Positions 22,728 through 34,246 are shown, numbered from the stretch's first letter. The stretch: DNA of 64,000 nt from Schizochytrium sp. TIO01 (GCA_004764695.1 SMSO01000034.1:2108001-2172000), one strand, 5' to 3'. Numbers and translations are program-made. Notes: generated from the sequence alone by a model not told the origin.

Positions 22728-25070
22728 TTACTGCTGCTCGGCCTTCTCCTTAGCCTGGCGAAGAACACGGAGAGCCTCCTGGATCTTGGCCTCAAGAGAG
22801 TCCGGGGACTCGAGGAGGTGGAGAAGCTCTGGGTTGTCCATCTCGAGGAGCATGCCGGTGATCTTGCTGGCAAGCTGGGGCTGCTCACGCACGATGAGCG
22901 GGTAGAGACGCTCACCGATCATGTTCTTCTGCTCCTTCTCGGAGGCAGAAGCAAGAGCGGCGGCGGTCAAGGGCTCAGGGCCACCCTGCATGGGCATACC
23001 CATGGGCATCTGCTGCTGCATCTGGCCCATGTTCTGCTGGGGAGCACCGGGCTGGTTGCGAACGTTGGCGTTGTACTTGAAGTTGGCGCCCTGCTGCTGG
23101 GGGGCACCGTTCTTGCCGCCACGGCCACCACCACGACCTCCGCGGCCACCACGGCTTCCGCCACGGCCCATCTGCATGTTACCCATGCCTTGCTGCATGC
23201 CCTGGGGCATACCCTGAGGGGGCATGTTCTGGGGCATACCGGGCTGCATACCTTGAGGAGGCATGTTCTGGGGCATTCCGGGGTACTGGGGCATGCCACG
23301 TCCGGGCATTCCGCGGGGAGGGATCATGATGGGCATGTAGCCGGGTCCGTATCCGCGAGCCTGGGGGGGCATAGCACCAGGGGGCATGCCGGGCATACCG
23401 CCGGGGGGGACGGGCATGCCACCAGGGACACCGTAGGGCATCATGGGGTTCGGGTACATCTGCTGCATACCGGGCATTCCGCGGGGCATGCGGCGGTGCT
23501 GGGCCTCGAGCTCTGCGCGGCGGGACTCCTTGCGCTGAGCGAGGGCAACAAAGATGGGCTTGCCCTTGAGCATACGGCCCTGCATCTCGGTGATGGCCTT
23601 GAGGGAGCTCTCGGGGTCGGCGAAGCAGACGAAGCCGAAGCCCTTGGAGGCTCCGAGCTTCTTCTTGGACTTCTTGTCGCCCTCCTCGCCCTCCTCGGTC
23701 TCGTCTTCCTCCTTCTCGGCGGCGTCCTCCTCCTTGGGCTCCTCGTCCTTCTTGTCGGCCTCCTTCTCGGCGGCGTTCTCTTCCTTGGGCTCCTCGTCCT
23801 TCTTGTCGTCGGTCTCCTCGCCGTCCTCCTCCTTGGAGTCCTCAAGGGGCTCACGCATCACGCGCACAGAGGTGATCGAGCCAAACTTGGAGAAAGCATC
23901 GTGGAGGTCCTCGTCGGTCACAGACTCGTGGAGGTTCTTGATGTAGACGTTGACGCCCTGGTACTTGCTCTGGCGGTCCTGCTTGATCTGCTCGAACTTC
24001 TCAGAGAGCTCGCGGTCGCGCTCGGCCTTCTTCTGGGCACGGGTCACGTAGAAGCGGGTGGTACGGCGGATGTTCTTCTTGGCCTCCTCGTCGACCTCCT
24101 CGCCCTCCTTGGGCTCCTCGTCCTTCTTGGCATCGACGTCCTCCTTGGGTGCGTCGGCGGGGAGCTTCTCGGAGTCCTCGTCGGCGGCAACCTCGAGCTC
24201 GTGGAACTTCTCGATGGCGGCGACGGCGTCCTTGTGCTCAGCGTAGTCAACAAAGCCGAATCCCTTGGACTTGCCCTCGGCGTCCTTCATGATGACACAG
24301 CTGGAGACGGGGCCAACCTCGGCGAAGTACTTCTCGAGGCGCATGTCATCCCAGTGCTTGGGCACGTTCTTGACGTAGAGGTTGGTCCACTCGGAGGCAC
24401 CAGGGCGCTCAGAGCGCTTCTGGAAGTGGCCGACGTAGACCTCCTTGCCGGCGATGTGCATGCCGTTGATCTTGCGGATGGCCTCCTGGGCGGCCTTGAG
24501 GGTCTCAAAGTGGACGAAGCCGTAGCCCTGGGAGTTGCCCTCGCGGTCGGTGACAACCTTGCAGGAGAGGATGTTGCCGAAGAGCGAGAAGGTATCGTAG
24601 AGAGCCTTGTTGTCAATGCTGAGGTCAAGGTTCTTGACGAAGACGTTGCCAGCGCCGGTCTTGCGGAGAGACGGGTCGCGCTGAGACCACATGATGCGGC
24701 AGGGGCGATCCTTGATGAGGGTGTAGTTCATGGTGTCGAGGGCACGCTCAGCATCGCCGCTGTTCTGAAAGTTCACGTAGGCGTAGCCGAGCGATCTCCG
24801 GGTCACGGCGTCGCGGCACACGCGGATGGAGGCCACAGTGCCGACGGCGTTGAAGATCTCAAAGAGAAGGGACTCGGTCACGTCCGGGTGAAGGTCGCCA
24901 ACGTAGAGCGAGACGGACTGGAAGCCCTGCTGCTGCTGGTCGGCGGCGCTCTGCTGCTGCTGCTGCTCCTCCTGGGCCTCTGAGCCGGCATCGGCGTTGG
25001 CGCCGGCATCGGCGGAGGCGGCCTGGGCCTCCTGCTGGAGCTTGGCCTCGGTGGCGGAGTCGGAAGACAT
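22728..25070 (-). CDS. PABP: Cytoplasmic polyadenylate-binding protein (4 RRMs + MLLE/PABC)
   Basis: SLYVGDL, RSLGYAYVNF, RIMWSQRDPSLRK, SKGFGFV and MLLE motif KITGMLLEMDN. Confidence 0.98.
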   Translation of the reverse strand: MSSDSATEAKLQQEAQAASADAGANADAGSEAQEEQQQQQSAADQQQQGFQSVSLYVGDLHPDVTESLLFEIFNAVGTVASIRVCRDAVTRRSLGYAYVNFQNSGDAERALDTMNYTLIKDRPCRIMWSQRDPSLRKTGAGNVFVKNLDLSIDNKALYDTFSLFGNILSCKVVTDREGNSQGYGFVHFETLKAAQEAIRKINGMHIAGKEVYVGHFQKRSERPGASEWTNLYVKNVPKHWDDMRLEKYFAEVGPVSSCVIMKDAEGKSKGFGFVDYAEHKDAVAAIEKFHELEVAADEDSEKLPADAPKEDVDAKKDEEPKEGEEVDEEAKKNIRRTTRFYVTRAQKKAERDRELSEKFEQIKQDRQSKYQGVNVYIKNLHESVTDEDLHDAFSKFGSITSVRVMREPLEDSKEEDGEETDDKKDEEPKEENAAEKEADKKDEEPKEEDAAEKEEDETEEGEEGDKKSKKKLGASKGFGFVCFADPESSLKAITEMQGRMLKGKPIFVALAQRKESRRAELEAQHRRMPRGMPGMQQMYPNPMMPYGVPGGMPVPPGGMPGMPPGAMPPQARGYGPGYMPIMIPPRGMPGRGMPQYPGMPQNMPPQGMQPGMPQNMPPQGMPQGMQQGMGNMQMGRGGSRGGRGGRGGGRGGKNGAPQQQGANFKYNANVRNQPGAPQQNMGQMQQQMPMGMPMQGGPEPLTAAALASASEKEQKNMIGERLYPLIVREQPQLASKITGMLLEMDNPELLHLLESPDSLEAKIQEALRVLRQAKEKAEQQ

Positions 25071-27094
25071 GGCTGCGAGAGGAGTGGTGGCGAGACGGGC
25101 GACGACGACGGCGGCGAAGGCGGCGTCGGCGGCGGTCTGTCTGCGAGAGTGCGGTTGCGCGGGGGCGAGATAGGGCCTTGCCGGAGGGCGGGCCGAAGGG
25201 AGGGAAGGAAGAAGGTGAGTAGGTGAGTGAGTGAGGGAGTGAGTGAGTGGTGAATGGAATCAAGCAAGGAGAGAGGGATCGAGAGCTAGAGGGAGAGAGA
25301 GGGAGAGAGAAGCAGTGGTCACTATCGATCGACCAATTGATTTGCAGAAGTAAAAGAAAAATGAAAGGAAAACAAAGGAAAACAAAGGAAAACAAATATT
25401 TACTAAAAAGAAAGTTTTAAAGGATGGTCCGTGAAAAAATTGCTCAGAGGAGAAAAAATAAAAATATCACGAAAGCGCTCTACTTCTTGAAGACAGGAGC
25501 CAGAAAAACAACCCATTGCTCTCAGGATGAATGGCCATACCCGCGGATAACGAAGGAACCACTGCTTGTTTCTTGCGTAGGTATTCAGAATTATCTGCGG
25601 TATTGACTACAACACCAATCTATGGGGTCAGGACTAATATTTGATGACCTTAAAATTAATTTTCAGGTATTTTTCAATTAATTATACGAAAATAAAGTTT
25701 TAAAATAAAAATCGACATTTCCTTTCTTTTTTTTGCTGCTATTATTTCATCATAACTGCAGAAAGTAAAGCGAAGGTTTTTATAGTACTTTCAGAAAAGG
25801 GATGAACGAGCAAACGAGAGTCACCCATTTCTAACTTCAAGAAAGAAGGCGCAACCTATTCACAAAGTTTGGTTAAGTTTTAAAAAGAGCGAGGGAGAAA
25901 CAGTCGTGTTGTGCAAAGCGTTTCATCCAATGAATACGGAGATCAATCAGAAAAGCAAATGATGAACGATGAACAACTAAATATGGAAATGAAGCACCGC
26001 CTCTGAAAGGAAAGGCTTACTTTTATGGTTAGTACCTTCTTATCCACTCACTTATTCACTTATTATAAGTTACGTTCTCTGAATGGGTGGAGGAATGAGG
26101 TAAGACGTACCTACAATCTTAGAACAGGTAACCGCAGCTCACCTTTTGCGTCAGAAGTTAAAACCCATTCTTCTTCTTCTTCTTCTTCGCTATCATTGCC
26201 TCTCGTTCGTTCATTCACGATCGGGGTTTCTTGACAAGGTCTGTGAACGAAGGAAGCTACGTCAACGAGTTCTCCCGCAAACTCGCTTGAATTCCCAGAG
26301 AATCGATGCTGTTTTCTCATTGATGCAGTCATAAATTCATTCATTTTTCAGAACAGCTTGATATATAATAAATAAAGGAAACAACTTTTCATTCATGAAT
26401 TATTCATTCGCCGTTAGCGCCTCTTCAACCACCATTACCTTCACTGAGCACGGGTCCGTGCGTGACATTAGGAAATAAACTTATATACAACTACGCCAAA
26501 TGATGATTGTGGCGCAGTCTCGAATATCCTCGTTTAGATTAAGAGCGATTGCAATGAGAGTTATCCATTCAAGTTCTTGCAGACGTCAGAGCTGTTGAGG
26601 ACAAGGAATTGCAATCAATCGCCTCTCCGAATGAATTCCTTCACCACCATTGAGGAGAGCCTTCGAAAGCTGCAAAACATAACACCATATCGGCGTCAAA
26701 TTTTATAGCTTCGTGGTTTTACAACCTCAACCAAGCGAAACCAAGCTCCACGAGCAGAAGAACCTGGAGTTCTTTGGAATTCACCGCAATCAATTTATCA
26801 TACAGCAACCATTAGGTACCTACTATGGACAGAAGCTATAATTACGATGCATCGTACAACTTAAATTCATGAATGCGCTATATAGTTACAGTTATAAAAT
26901 CGACCTCATTTCGAATAACTCCGTCTGATTCTTTAAATAGCGATGTAAACATGGGGCAGGCCGACTTCGTTTCAATCCTTTTGCCTCTTCATCGCAGCAA
27001 CCTTTCCGATTCTCATCTTGCGAACTGCTGACCTGGCAACTTTATGTAGATTAAAGGAGATTATTGGCTGTCAGCTCTCGACTTCAGAACCCTC

Positions 27095-27099
<5 letters not shown>

Positions 27100-27127
<28 letters not shown>
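27100..27127. repeat. Poly(A) tract (28 nt)
   Basis: Read directly. Confidence 0.9.
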
Positions 27128-27128
<1 letters not shown>

Positions 27129-27260
27129 GATAACCTTGGACTTGCTATATGTCAGATCTATACCCTTCACTAGAACCTTCTCTCTGTTGAAGATTTTTTT
27201 AATTTCATTTTTATCTTCTCTTTGTTCAAGTCATTCAACAAATTTATTTTTTAAAAGAAG

Positions 27261-27262
27261 GA

Positions 27263-27348
<86 letters not shown>
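27261..27348. repeat. (GAAA)n microsatellite, ~22 units
   Basis: Read directly. Confidence 0.95.
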
Positions 27349-27350
<2 letters not shown>

Positions 27351-29196
27351 AGGTTAATGGAGATGATGATGTAAGAAATGGAGCGAGTGAAACTGAGAGA
27401 ATCGTTGGATTCGCATGAGTTTAACAGGAATTGAAGCCCTCGACTACAGGAATGCCCACACGCCAACTGACATGGCCCGAGCAAGGCGTGAAGGGCGACT
27501 AAAGTTAGTTTTTTCAATTGCAGCGCGTCTAAGTGAGAAGTTCTTGCGTAATCTTGGTGTTAAGCGAAAGAACTAAAGACGAGTTCTGTAAAGTAAATTA
27601 TTTATTCTTATTTTATTAAGATAAGAAGTCACTGCATCGAATATAGTTATAGTTCGTGACCCTTTGTGACAGCTCTTTTAAAAAATGTTATGCTACAGAC
27701 CCGCTCGATGTAAGTTGTACTTTGCTTCCTTGAAAACTTTGCGGTGCTCGATTTGCAAGAAGCGTGGCAAGTTCTCAACTCTGAGAATCTATCCTTTGCG
27801 CTATGCTTTTGCTCAGCGCCACCCATTCGTTCACATGACCTTTGAATTTCCTACCAATAAAACTTTTTTTCTTTCTCCTTTGTTTGGAATTAGTATCGTT
27901 TCTGATTTTTACTCAATTTTTAACTTTCAACAAAAGATCTTCAGGAGATTGATTCATTTGTTCTAAAGTCTTCGATATCTACATTTTATGAATCATAGTT
28001 ATCACATCCTCTTGCTTAAGCCTCGAAGTTCAAGCCCTGTGAGCTATGAAGAACCACTCTTATGAACAGCTGACGCCTAGTTTGGGATATGTTGATTTTA
28101 TTACAATATCACAGCTCTTTCTTGATCTTATCTTCTTTTTCGAAAGATTGAAAATACAAGAACTCGAAAAACATTAGTTAGCCGTACCTGCTAGTAGCTA
28201 GTAGATCCTACAGCCTGGCATTCCACGCAAGCATAACACATAAACAAGGCTGGGATCATCCTGCAATATTACAGAAGCGGTTACACTCTTTAAAGAATTT
28301 AGGATGGCGTATCCTCACGTTCATCCACAGGGTAAATTTGATAATTAGCGAGCAAGCTTGCTAGGGGTAGTGATGTAATGAGTATGATACTCATAGTCAG
28401 ACTTGATATTACATCAACCCGCAATGTCAATGGAGAATTTATGGCGCGTTTTTGAAGCCGAAGAATTTCTCTTTGCCTAAACCCGCAATTCTACTGCGGA
28501 ATTCCAGAAAGCATTTATTGAAAAGTAAAATAAATAATTTAGACTCCATCTTACCTTACCTGGCGTTAAGAAGTAGGAACCCATGTAGAACCTGGCCCAG
28601 ACTGCACACTGCAAGTATGAAAATATGTATTATTAAAATTTGCCTATTTTACAAATTACATATATAGCAAATAACACTAATTCAAGAAATGGTTGTGGCT
28701 CCAATGAAGCTACAACTTCATTTGCAAGTGATATGCATTTGACAGCAGAATGTGGCATGTTTGTCTGTGAATTCTGGGAAGAAAAGTCAGGAACGTTGAC
28801 GGAGCCTCCGCTAAGCGCAGGAAATTAAACAGGAAATTGAAAAGCTGACGATGACGAGGAGGAAGCACCTAGCATGTGACCATTCCGGAAACCTCGCTGT
28901 ACATTTGAAGATGAAGAACTTCAATGGGAAACACAATAACAGAATCAGTACAGTCTTGATGACTTCATCATACTATAGCTTTGGTCCTGCTCGCTGGACT
29001 TCAACAGCTTTGATGAGTGTTTCTGATTCCCTGATTTAGTGTCTTCTTCTAAAATTGCCTGCTGCGCCATAATATCAATCAAAAATTCTGTGCTGAGAGA
29101 GATTTTATAAATATCTAGCATGATTAGTTATTCATAGCACAGCACCAACACAATAAATAAAACTCTTCGATAAGTGCAAACAGTAGCGTATTAGAA

Positions 29197-29215
29197 AATA
29201 ATAATAATAATAATA

Positions 29216-29246
<31 letters not shown>
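29197..29246. repeat. (AAT)n microsatellite
   Basis: Read directly; one AGT interruption. Confidence 0.9.
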
Positions 29247-29303
29247 GCAGTCTCAACCATTCATTCATACTATCAAATATTGACTGGTCGCGATGGGAAC
29301 TCA

Positions 29304-29387
29304 ATACCCTGCCCCTTCCCCACGTCGCGCCACGGCCGTGTCATGAATACTGATATGAAGAACTCACCTTTGTGAGGGGCAGGGTAT
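29304..29387. repeat. Perfect 13-bp inverted repeat (ATACCCTGCCCCT...AGGGGCAGGGTAT) with a 58-nt spacer
   Basis: Arms at 29304-29316 and 29375-29387 are exact reverse complements. Confidence 0.85.
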
Positions 29388-31984
29388 AAATATATTAGAT
29401 TTTAGCATTCTGTGCAGATTGTCCCAGGACCATGTCGTAAATACAGAGACCAAAACATCCGAGGCTTCACCATGCTCGGTCAATACGTCTATAAAACTTA
29501 GATGAATTGATGCAATGACTAAGTGTGGAAATGATAATAGTCCATGTGCTTAGGGTCAAAAATTGTACCATTGTTTCCCGGTTCTACGCAGAACTTGTCA
29601 AAGTTCTTCAAATTACAAACTTTTCATTTAAATCTATAAACTTCCTTTTTCAAATTCTTAAAAAAAGTATTTAAATTGAATAATAATCAAGTTTATTTAC
29701 TTCACCTTTTAGAATAATGAAATAGACACGTTTGGATATTTTTTATTATTTTCCCTGACAATAACAAAGCTAAACTAGAATTCATTCTAGCTCGCAACTT
29801 TGGGTTTCCCTAGATGGATATTCGATCGAGCAAGCACTTCATGTGCTCGCTTCTTTTCATTTCATTCCTTGGCAAGATAGTTCTGAGAACCTTGCCAAGG
29901 TTTTCTCAACTGTGCCAATTCCTACTACCATCAAAACGGTGGTTAAAAGATTTTCTTTTATTATATTTAATTCTTAAATCATATTATTATTTTCCTTTTA
30001 TCATTACAGTTTCTTTCTTTCTCACAAAATAAAAATCACTATGCTCCGTTTTCATTAAATAGCATAACAAACATCCTCTCAATAATAACTAACTACGTAG
30101 GTCTAGAGCAACGTTGCTGAAAGGAGTTCCGGCGCGGGTTCGCGCCGAATGAAAGCTACCCTACAATCTAGGCCTCCGAAATCTAACCGGGTTTCCTCGT
30201 AACCTAGATAAACCTAACCGATCGACTGTAAACCCAAGTGGACGGGGAACCCAAACTTGCTCCGAGGAACGCGGGGAACAGATAAAATTGGCTGGCGGAG
30301 GAGCTCACTACTCTGGACTCCATTCATTTGAGCCTGGTTCTACAGCTGACTGATCGGGGATCTCTCAATATAATGTTTTGATATTGAGATGATGTTATTA
30401 TTGTGAATGTCGCGTGTTAAAACGAATGAAAGAGCTTCACATCATGATGGTGCCGTGGACATTTTGCTTTTCTGCTGTAGTGTGAATGATAAGGTATGAT
30501 GATGACCAGGACCTGCAGCGCTCGGGTCCATCTATTTGATAAACATCATCGTAATGGTTTCTTCATGAATGAGTTTTTTCTGTGAATGCATGTACTTGTT
30601 CCGTTGATTTAATGCATCAAAGACATCTCAAGACGAATTCCTCGTTTAAAATTATTCCCTGATCTCGTCTTGTTGTGAACTGCATGAATTCATGACGCTT
30701 GCTCTCGTTTATTTGTTTATGGTTCAAACACAAATGATGAAATAACAATCGGCGAAGGGAGAGACTATCATAAATCGTGGCTCTCTCCGAATGTTGCTAT
30801 AGATGGTATTGTTGAATCTCTTATGATATTTATTTTCCCTTCTTGACGCCCTTAATGGTGCAGAATGCTTTTCCTGGTCTAGGTTTTGCGATATCGATGT
30901 CCACAACAACAAAACTGTCCCTGTGTTTTTTTATGCATCTTCATAAAAGGAGATGGGAAAAATAATAAAAAAGCCAAATTTCTCCTAATTTGTTTGCATC
31001 GAGTGTGTGTTATTGCCGCAACCCAACTAATGTGACCATTCTTGTACGAATGTCCAAATTGTTTTGCTAGCTGAGGGCCTCTCCCTATCGGTTGACTTGC
31101 TTGTATGAATCTCTACGTTGTGAACTCATTGCATTACTTATTTTGCTTTATTCACGGCCGTCATATGAACCAGTAATTAGCCCCTCAACTCTTACTGTTT
31201 TGTATATATATCTTATAGGACCCCCCAGGCCAGTCAGTCGCCTCGACCGCACCTTGGTAAGAGTATGAATGAATGACTGGAGTACTCCGCTGCTTTCGTG
31301 CAGACTGTGCGTGTCTTGGTCCTTGGTCAGCCAGAGAAGGTTTTCTTCTTCTGGCTTCTGGCTTTAACCCCAGATTACACCACATTGCGCAAAGTTTTTA
31401 AGAAGCACCAGCCACTGCTTCTGCGAAGTTCATTGCTCCATTTACCCATATATTCATTTACTTCTTTAGAAATCGATTTATTTGTTATTTTATTCGCCCA
31501 TTATACGGGTGCCTCGTGTGCCGTGGACTGATGATTGCCAGCCTTGGCTTACACTGGCCTTCGCGACGGGAGCCTGCCTATGATGTGCTTTCACCTCTCG
31601 AGCGCCTTTAATCTCTTGGTCTTTCTTGGCGACTTTTTGGAGTGCCACCCATAGATACTTTGGCACTTTGTCGCTCTACTCACGATGGCCCCTCTTAGCG
31701 ATAACAGTACGACAACAGTAGAAGTCGAGGCCTTTCGAGCATCGTCTATGCGGACTTAGAGTTACAGGTAGATGAGTGCACCACTTCTTTACTATGAATC
31801 AGTATTCATTTCTCATTCATTCATTCATTTATTTATATGTTTATTTATTATGAACCAACAGAGAGAGAAGTAAAGCAAAGTGCGCATGTAATGTATATAG
31901 TATGAAGTATGCGCTGTGAATATGAGTGGAATATATGATTGATTACATGAGCATATTGTATGAATATGCGATCATATGACTATA

Positions 31985-31990
31985 CGTATG

Positions 31991-32029
<39 letters not shown>

Positions 32030-32070
32030 GTATGTATACTTATATGTATGTATTAGTTTGTATGTATATA
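31985..32070. repeat. (TATG)/(TATATG)n microsatellite
   Basis: Read directly. Confidence 0.85.
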
Positions 32071-32412
32071 TGTGAATATAGAAAGATATATGGTGATATG
32101 CGGTTGATAGGAATAATATGGGAATGCGATTGAAAGGCGGAGGATGAAAATATTTAAGTGGCTAGGAATTGGGTGGAGAATCGATCGATAAGTAATCAAT
32201 TGATCAATTGAGGAATTGCCATTGGCTGGTGGCAGGCAGGTGATTAGCTGGCTGCTTGCGAGCTAGCTGAGTCCGTTGCTCGCTGCGTGGGCAGGTAGAG
32301 CCGACTGACTGAGCCTCGTTTGAAAGTAGGCAACACTCGGCGTCCGGGTGTTCCTCGTCCTTTAGCATCGATTGATTGCATCTAGCTAGTACAGAAAGCA
32401 AATCAAAGCAAG

Positions 32413-34032
32413 ATGCTCGTGCTCTTCGAGACCCCCGCGGGCTACTCCCTCTTCAAGGTGCTTGATGAGGGCAAGCTCGAGGACCCGAAGAACCTCTACA
32501 AGGAGTTCGAGTCTTCCCCCACAAGCCTGGTGAACCTCCAGGCCTTTCAGAAGTTCACAGACACCACCGAGGCTCTTGCCGCCGCCACCGCTCTGGTTGA
32601 CGGCAAGCTCGACAAGTCCCTCAAGAGCTTCCTCAAGAAGAACATCCTTAAGAAGAACCTCACCGACCAGCTCGCCGTGACCGACGCTAAGCTCGGTGGT
32701 GTCATCAAGGAGAAGCTCAACATCTCCTGCGTCAATGACTCTCCCGTGCAGGAGCTTATCCGCGCCATCCGCGCCAAGTTCAACGACATCGTCCCCGGTA
32801 TGGAGACTGGTGGCATGACCGCCATGGCCCTTGGTCTCTCTCACTCTCTCTCCCGCTACAAGCTCAAGTTCAGCCCCGAGAAGGTTGACGTGATGATCAT
32901 CCAGGCCATCAACCTCCTTGACGAGCTCGATAAGGAAATCAACACCTACGCCATGCGCGTTCGCGAGTGGTACGGTTGGCACTTCCCCGAGATGGGCAAG
33001 ATTGTCACCGACAACATGCAGTACGCCAAGGTCGTGCTCAAGGCTGGCATTCGCAAAAACATGGCTGGCCTCGACTTCTCCGACATTCTCTCCGACGACG
33101 TGGAGGCCGAGATGAAGCGCACCTGCGAGATCTCGATGGGTACGGACATCTCCGAGGACGATATCCAAAACCTCAGCTCCCTCTGCCGTCAGGTCATCTC
33201 CCTGTCTGAGTACCGTGTGCAGCTCTTCGACTACTTGAAGAACCGCATGGCTGCCATCGCTCCTAACCTCTCCGTCATGGTCGGCGACCTTGTCGGAGCC
33301 CGCCTCATCGCTCACGCAGGAAGCCTTATGAACCTGGCCAAGGCGCCGGCCAGCACTGTGCAAATCCTCGGCGCCGAGAAGGCTCTCTTCCGCGCTCTCA
33401 AAACCAAGCACGACACACCCAAGTACGGTCTTATCTACCACGCATCGCTCATCGGCCAGTCCGCGCCCAAGAACAAGGGTAAGATCAGCCGTGTGCTCGC
33501 CGCCAAGACCTCCCTTGCCATCCGCGTCGACGCTCTCGGTGAGGAGTCTGAGGCCACCATCGGATACTCGTGCAGAGAGAAGGTCGAGGCCCGCTTGAGA
33601 CAGCTCGAGACCGGCAAGCCCTACTCTCTCGAGTCCGTGCACAAGGGACCTGAAAAGTACGAAAAGCCACAAGACACGGCCCAATACAACGGCAGTGCTG
33701 ACAACACTATGGATGTTGATGAGGGCGATAAGACCGAAGCCACGAAGTCCGCCAAGAAGGCCAAGAAGGAGAAGAAGGAGAAGGCCAAGAAGGAAGACGA
33801 CAGCGACGACAGCAGCGACGACGAGGAGGAGGAGAAGAAGAAGAAGAAGGAGAAGAAAGAAAAGAAGGCCAAGAAGGAGAAGAAGAAGAAGGCAGCAGAC
33901 TCGGACGATGACGAGGACCTCGTAGAGGACGTTAAGGCCTCCGCAAAGAAGGAGAAGAAACGCAAGTCGAAGGGCGGCGACGACGAGGACGACAAAAAGA
34001 AGAAGAAGAAGAAGAAGAAGTCCGACGAGTAA
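32413..34032 (+). CDS. NOP58: Nucleolar protein 58 (box C/D snoRNP core)
   Basis: MLVLFETPAGY, LGLSHSLSRYKLKFSPEKVD, MRVREWYGWHFPEM, PASTVQILGAEKALFRALK and a KKE/D tail. Confidence 0.97.
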   Translation: MLVLFETPAGYSLFKVLDEGKLEDPKNLYKEFESSPTSLVNLQAFQKFTDTTEALAAATALVDGKLDKSLKSFLKKNILKKNLTDQLAVTDAKLGGVIKEKLNISCVNDSPVQELIRAIRAKFNDIVPGMETGGMTAMALGLSHSLSRYKLKFSPEKVDVMIIQAINLLDELDKEINTYAMRVREWYGWHFPEMGKIVTDNMQYAKVVLKAGIRKNMAGLDFSDILSDDVEAEMKRTCEISMGTDISEDDIQNLSSLCRQVISLSEYRVQLFDYLKNRMAAIAPNLSVMVGDLVGARLIAHAGSLMNLAKAPASTVQILGAEKALFRALKTKHDTPKYGLIYHASLIGQSAPKNKGKISRVLAAKTSLAIRVDALGEESEATIGYSCREKVEARLRQLETGKPYSLESVHKGPEKYEKPQDTAQYNGSADNTMDVDEGDKTEATKSAKKAKKEKKEKAKKEDDSDDSSDDEEEEKKKKKEKKEKKAKKEKKKKAADSDDDEDLVEDVKASAKKEKKRKSKGGDDEDDKKKKKKKKKSDE

Positions 34033-34229
34033 ACAAGCCGCACAGGCTTTGCAAGGCTCTGTTGGTTGGATGGATACTCTCAAATAAATTGGATCTGCGC
34101 TGTTTTATCATCATCACAACATCATCACAATCATACAAAACACACAAACAAAATACCACTTTTATACCTATTCCTCAAATGTTTCAAAACTTTCCTCTTA
34201 CACTCTCACTACCATTATATATCTATATA

Positions 34230-34246
34230 CCCCCCCCCCCCCCCCC
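34230..34246. repeat. Poly(C) tract downstream of NOP58
   Basis: Read directly. Confidence 0.8.

Noticed and set aside
22539-24983. 814-aa ORF antisense to PABP
   Set aside because: Codon-registered shadow of a highly biased gene that avoids TTA/CTA/TCA codons; the Leu/Gly/His-rich product has no domain features.
25959-26007. ATGATGA...CTGA as a box C/D snoRNA
   Set aside because: Only ~50 nt, no terminal stem and no rRNA complement that I could identify.
27100-27127. Poly(A) tract as a PABP autoregulatory element or retroposon tail
   Set aside because: It is poly(U) on the PABP strand and 2 kb from the ATG; no target-site duplication or element body seen.
27064-27517. ORFs with KERK/FFLS repeats (also 44836..45135)
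   Set aside because: Translations of poly(A) and (GAAA)n microsatellites.
32386-34083. 565-aa ORF antisense to NOP58
   Set aside because: Same shadow effect; its poly-Leu 'TM' runs are the reverse complement of Lys/Glu codons.
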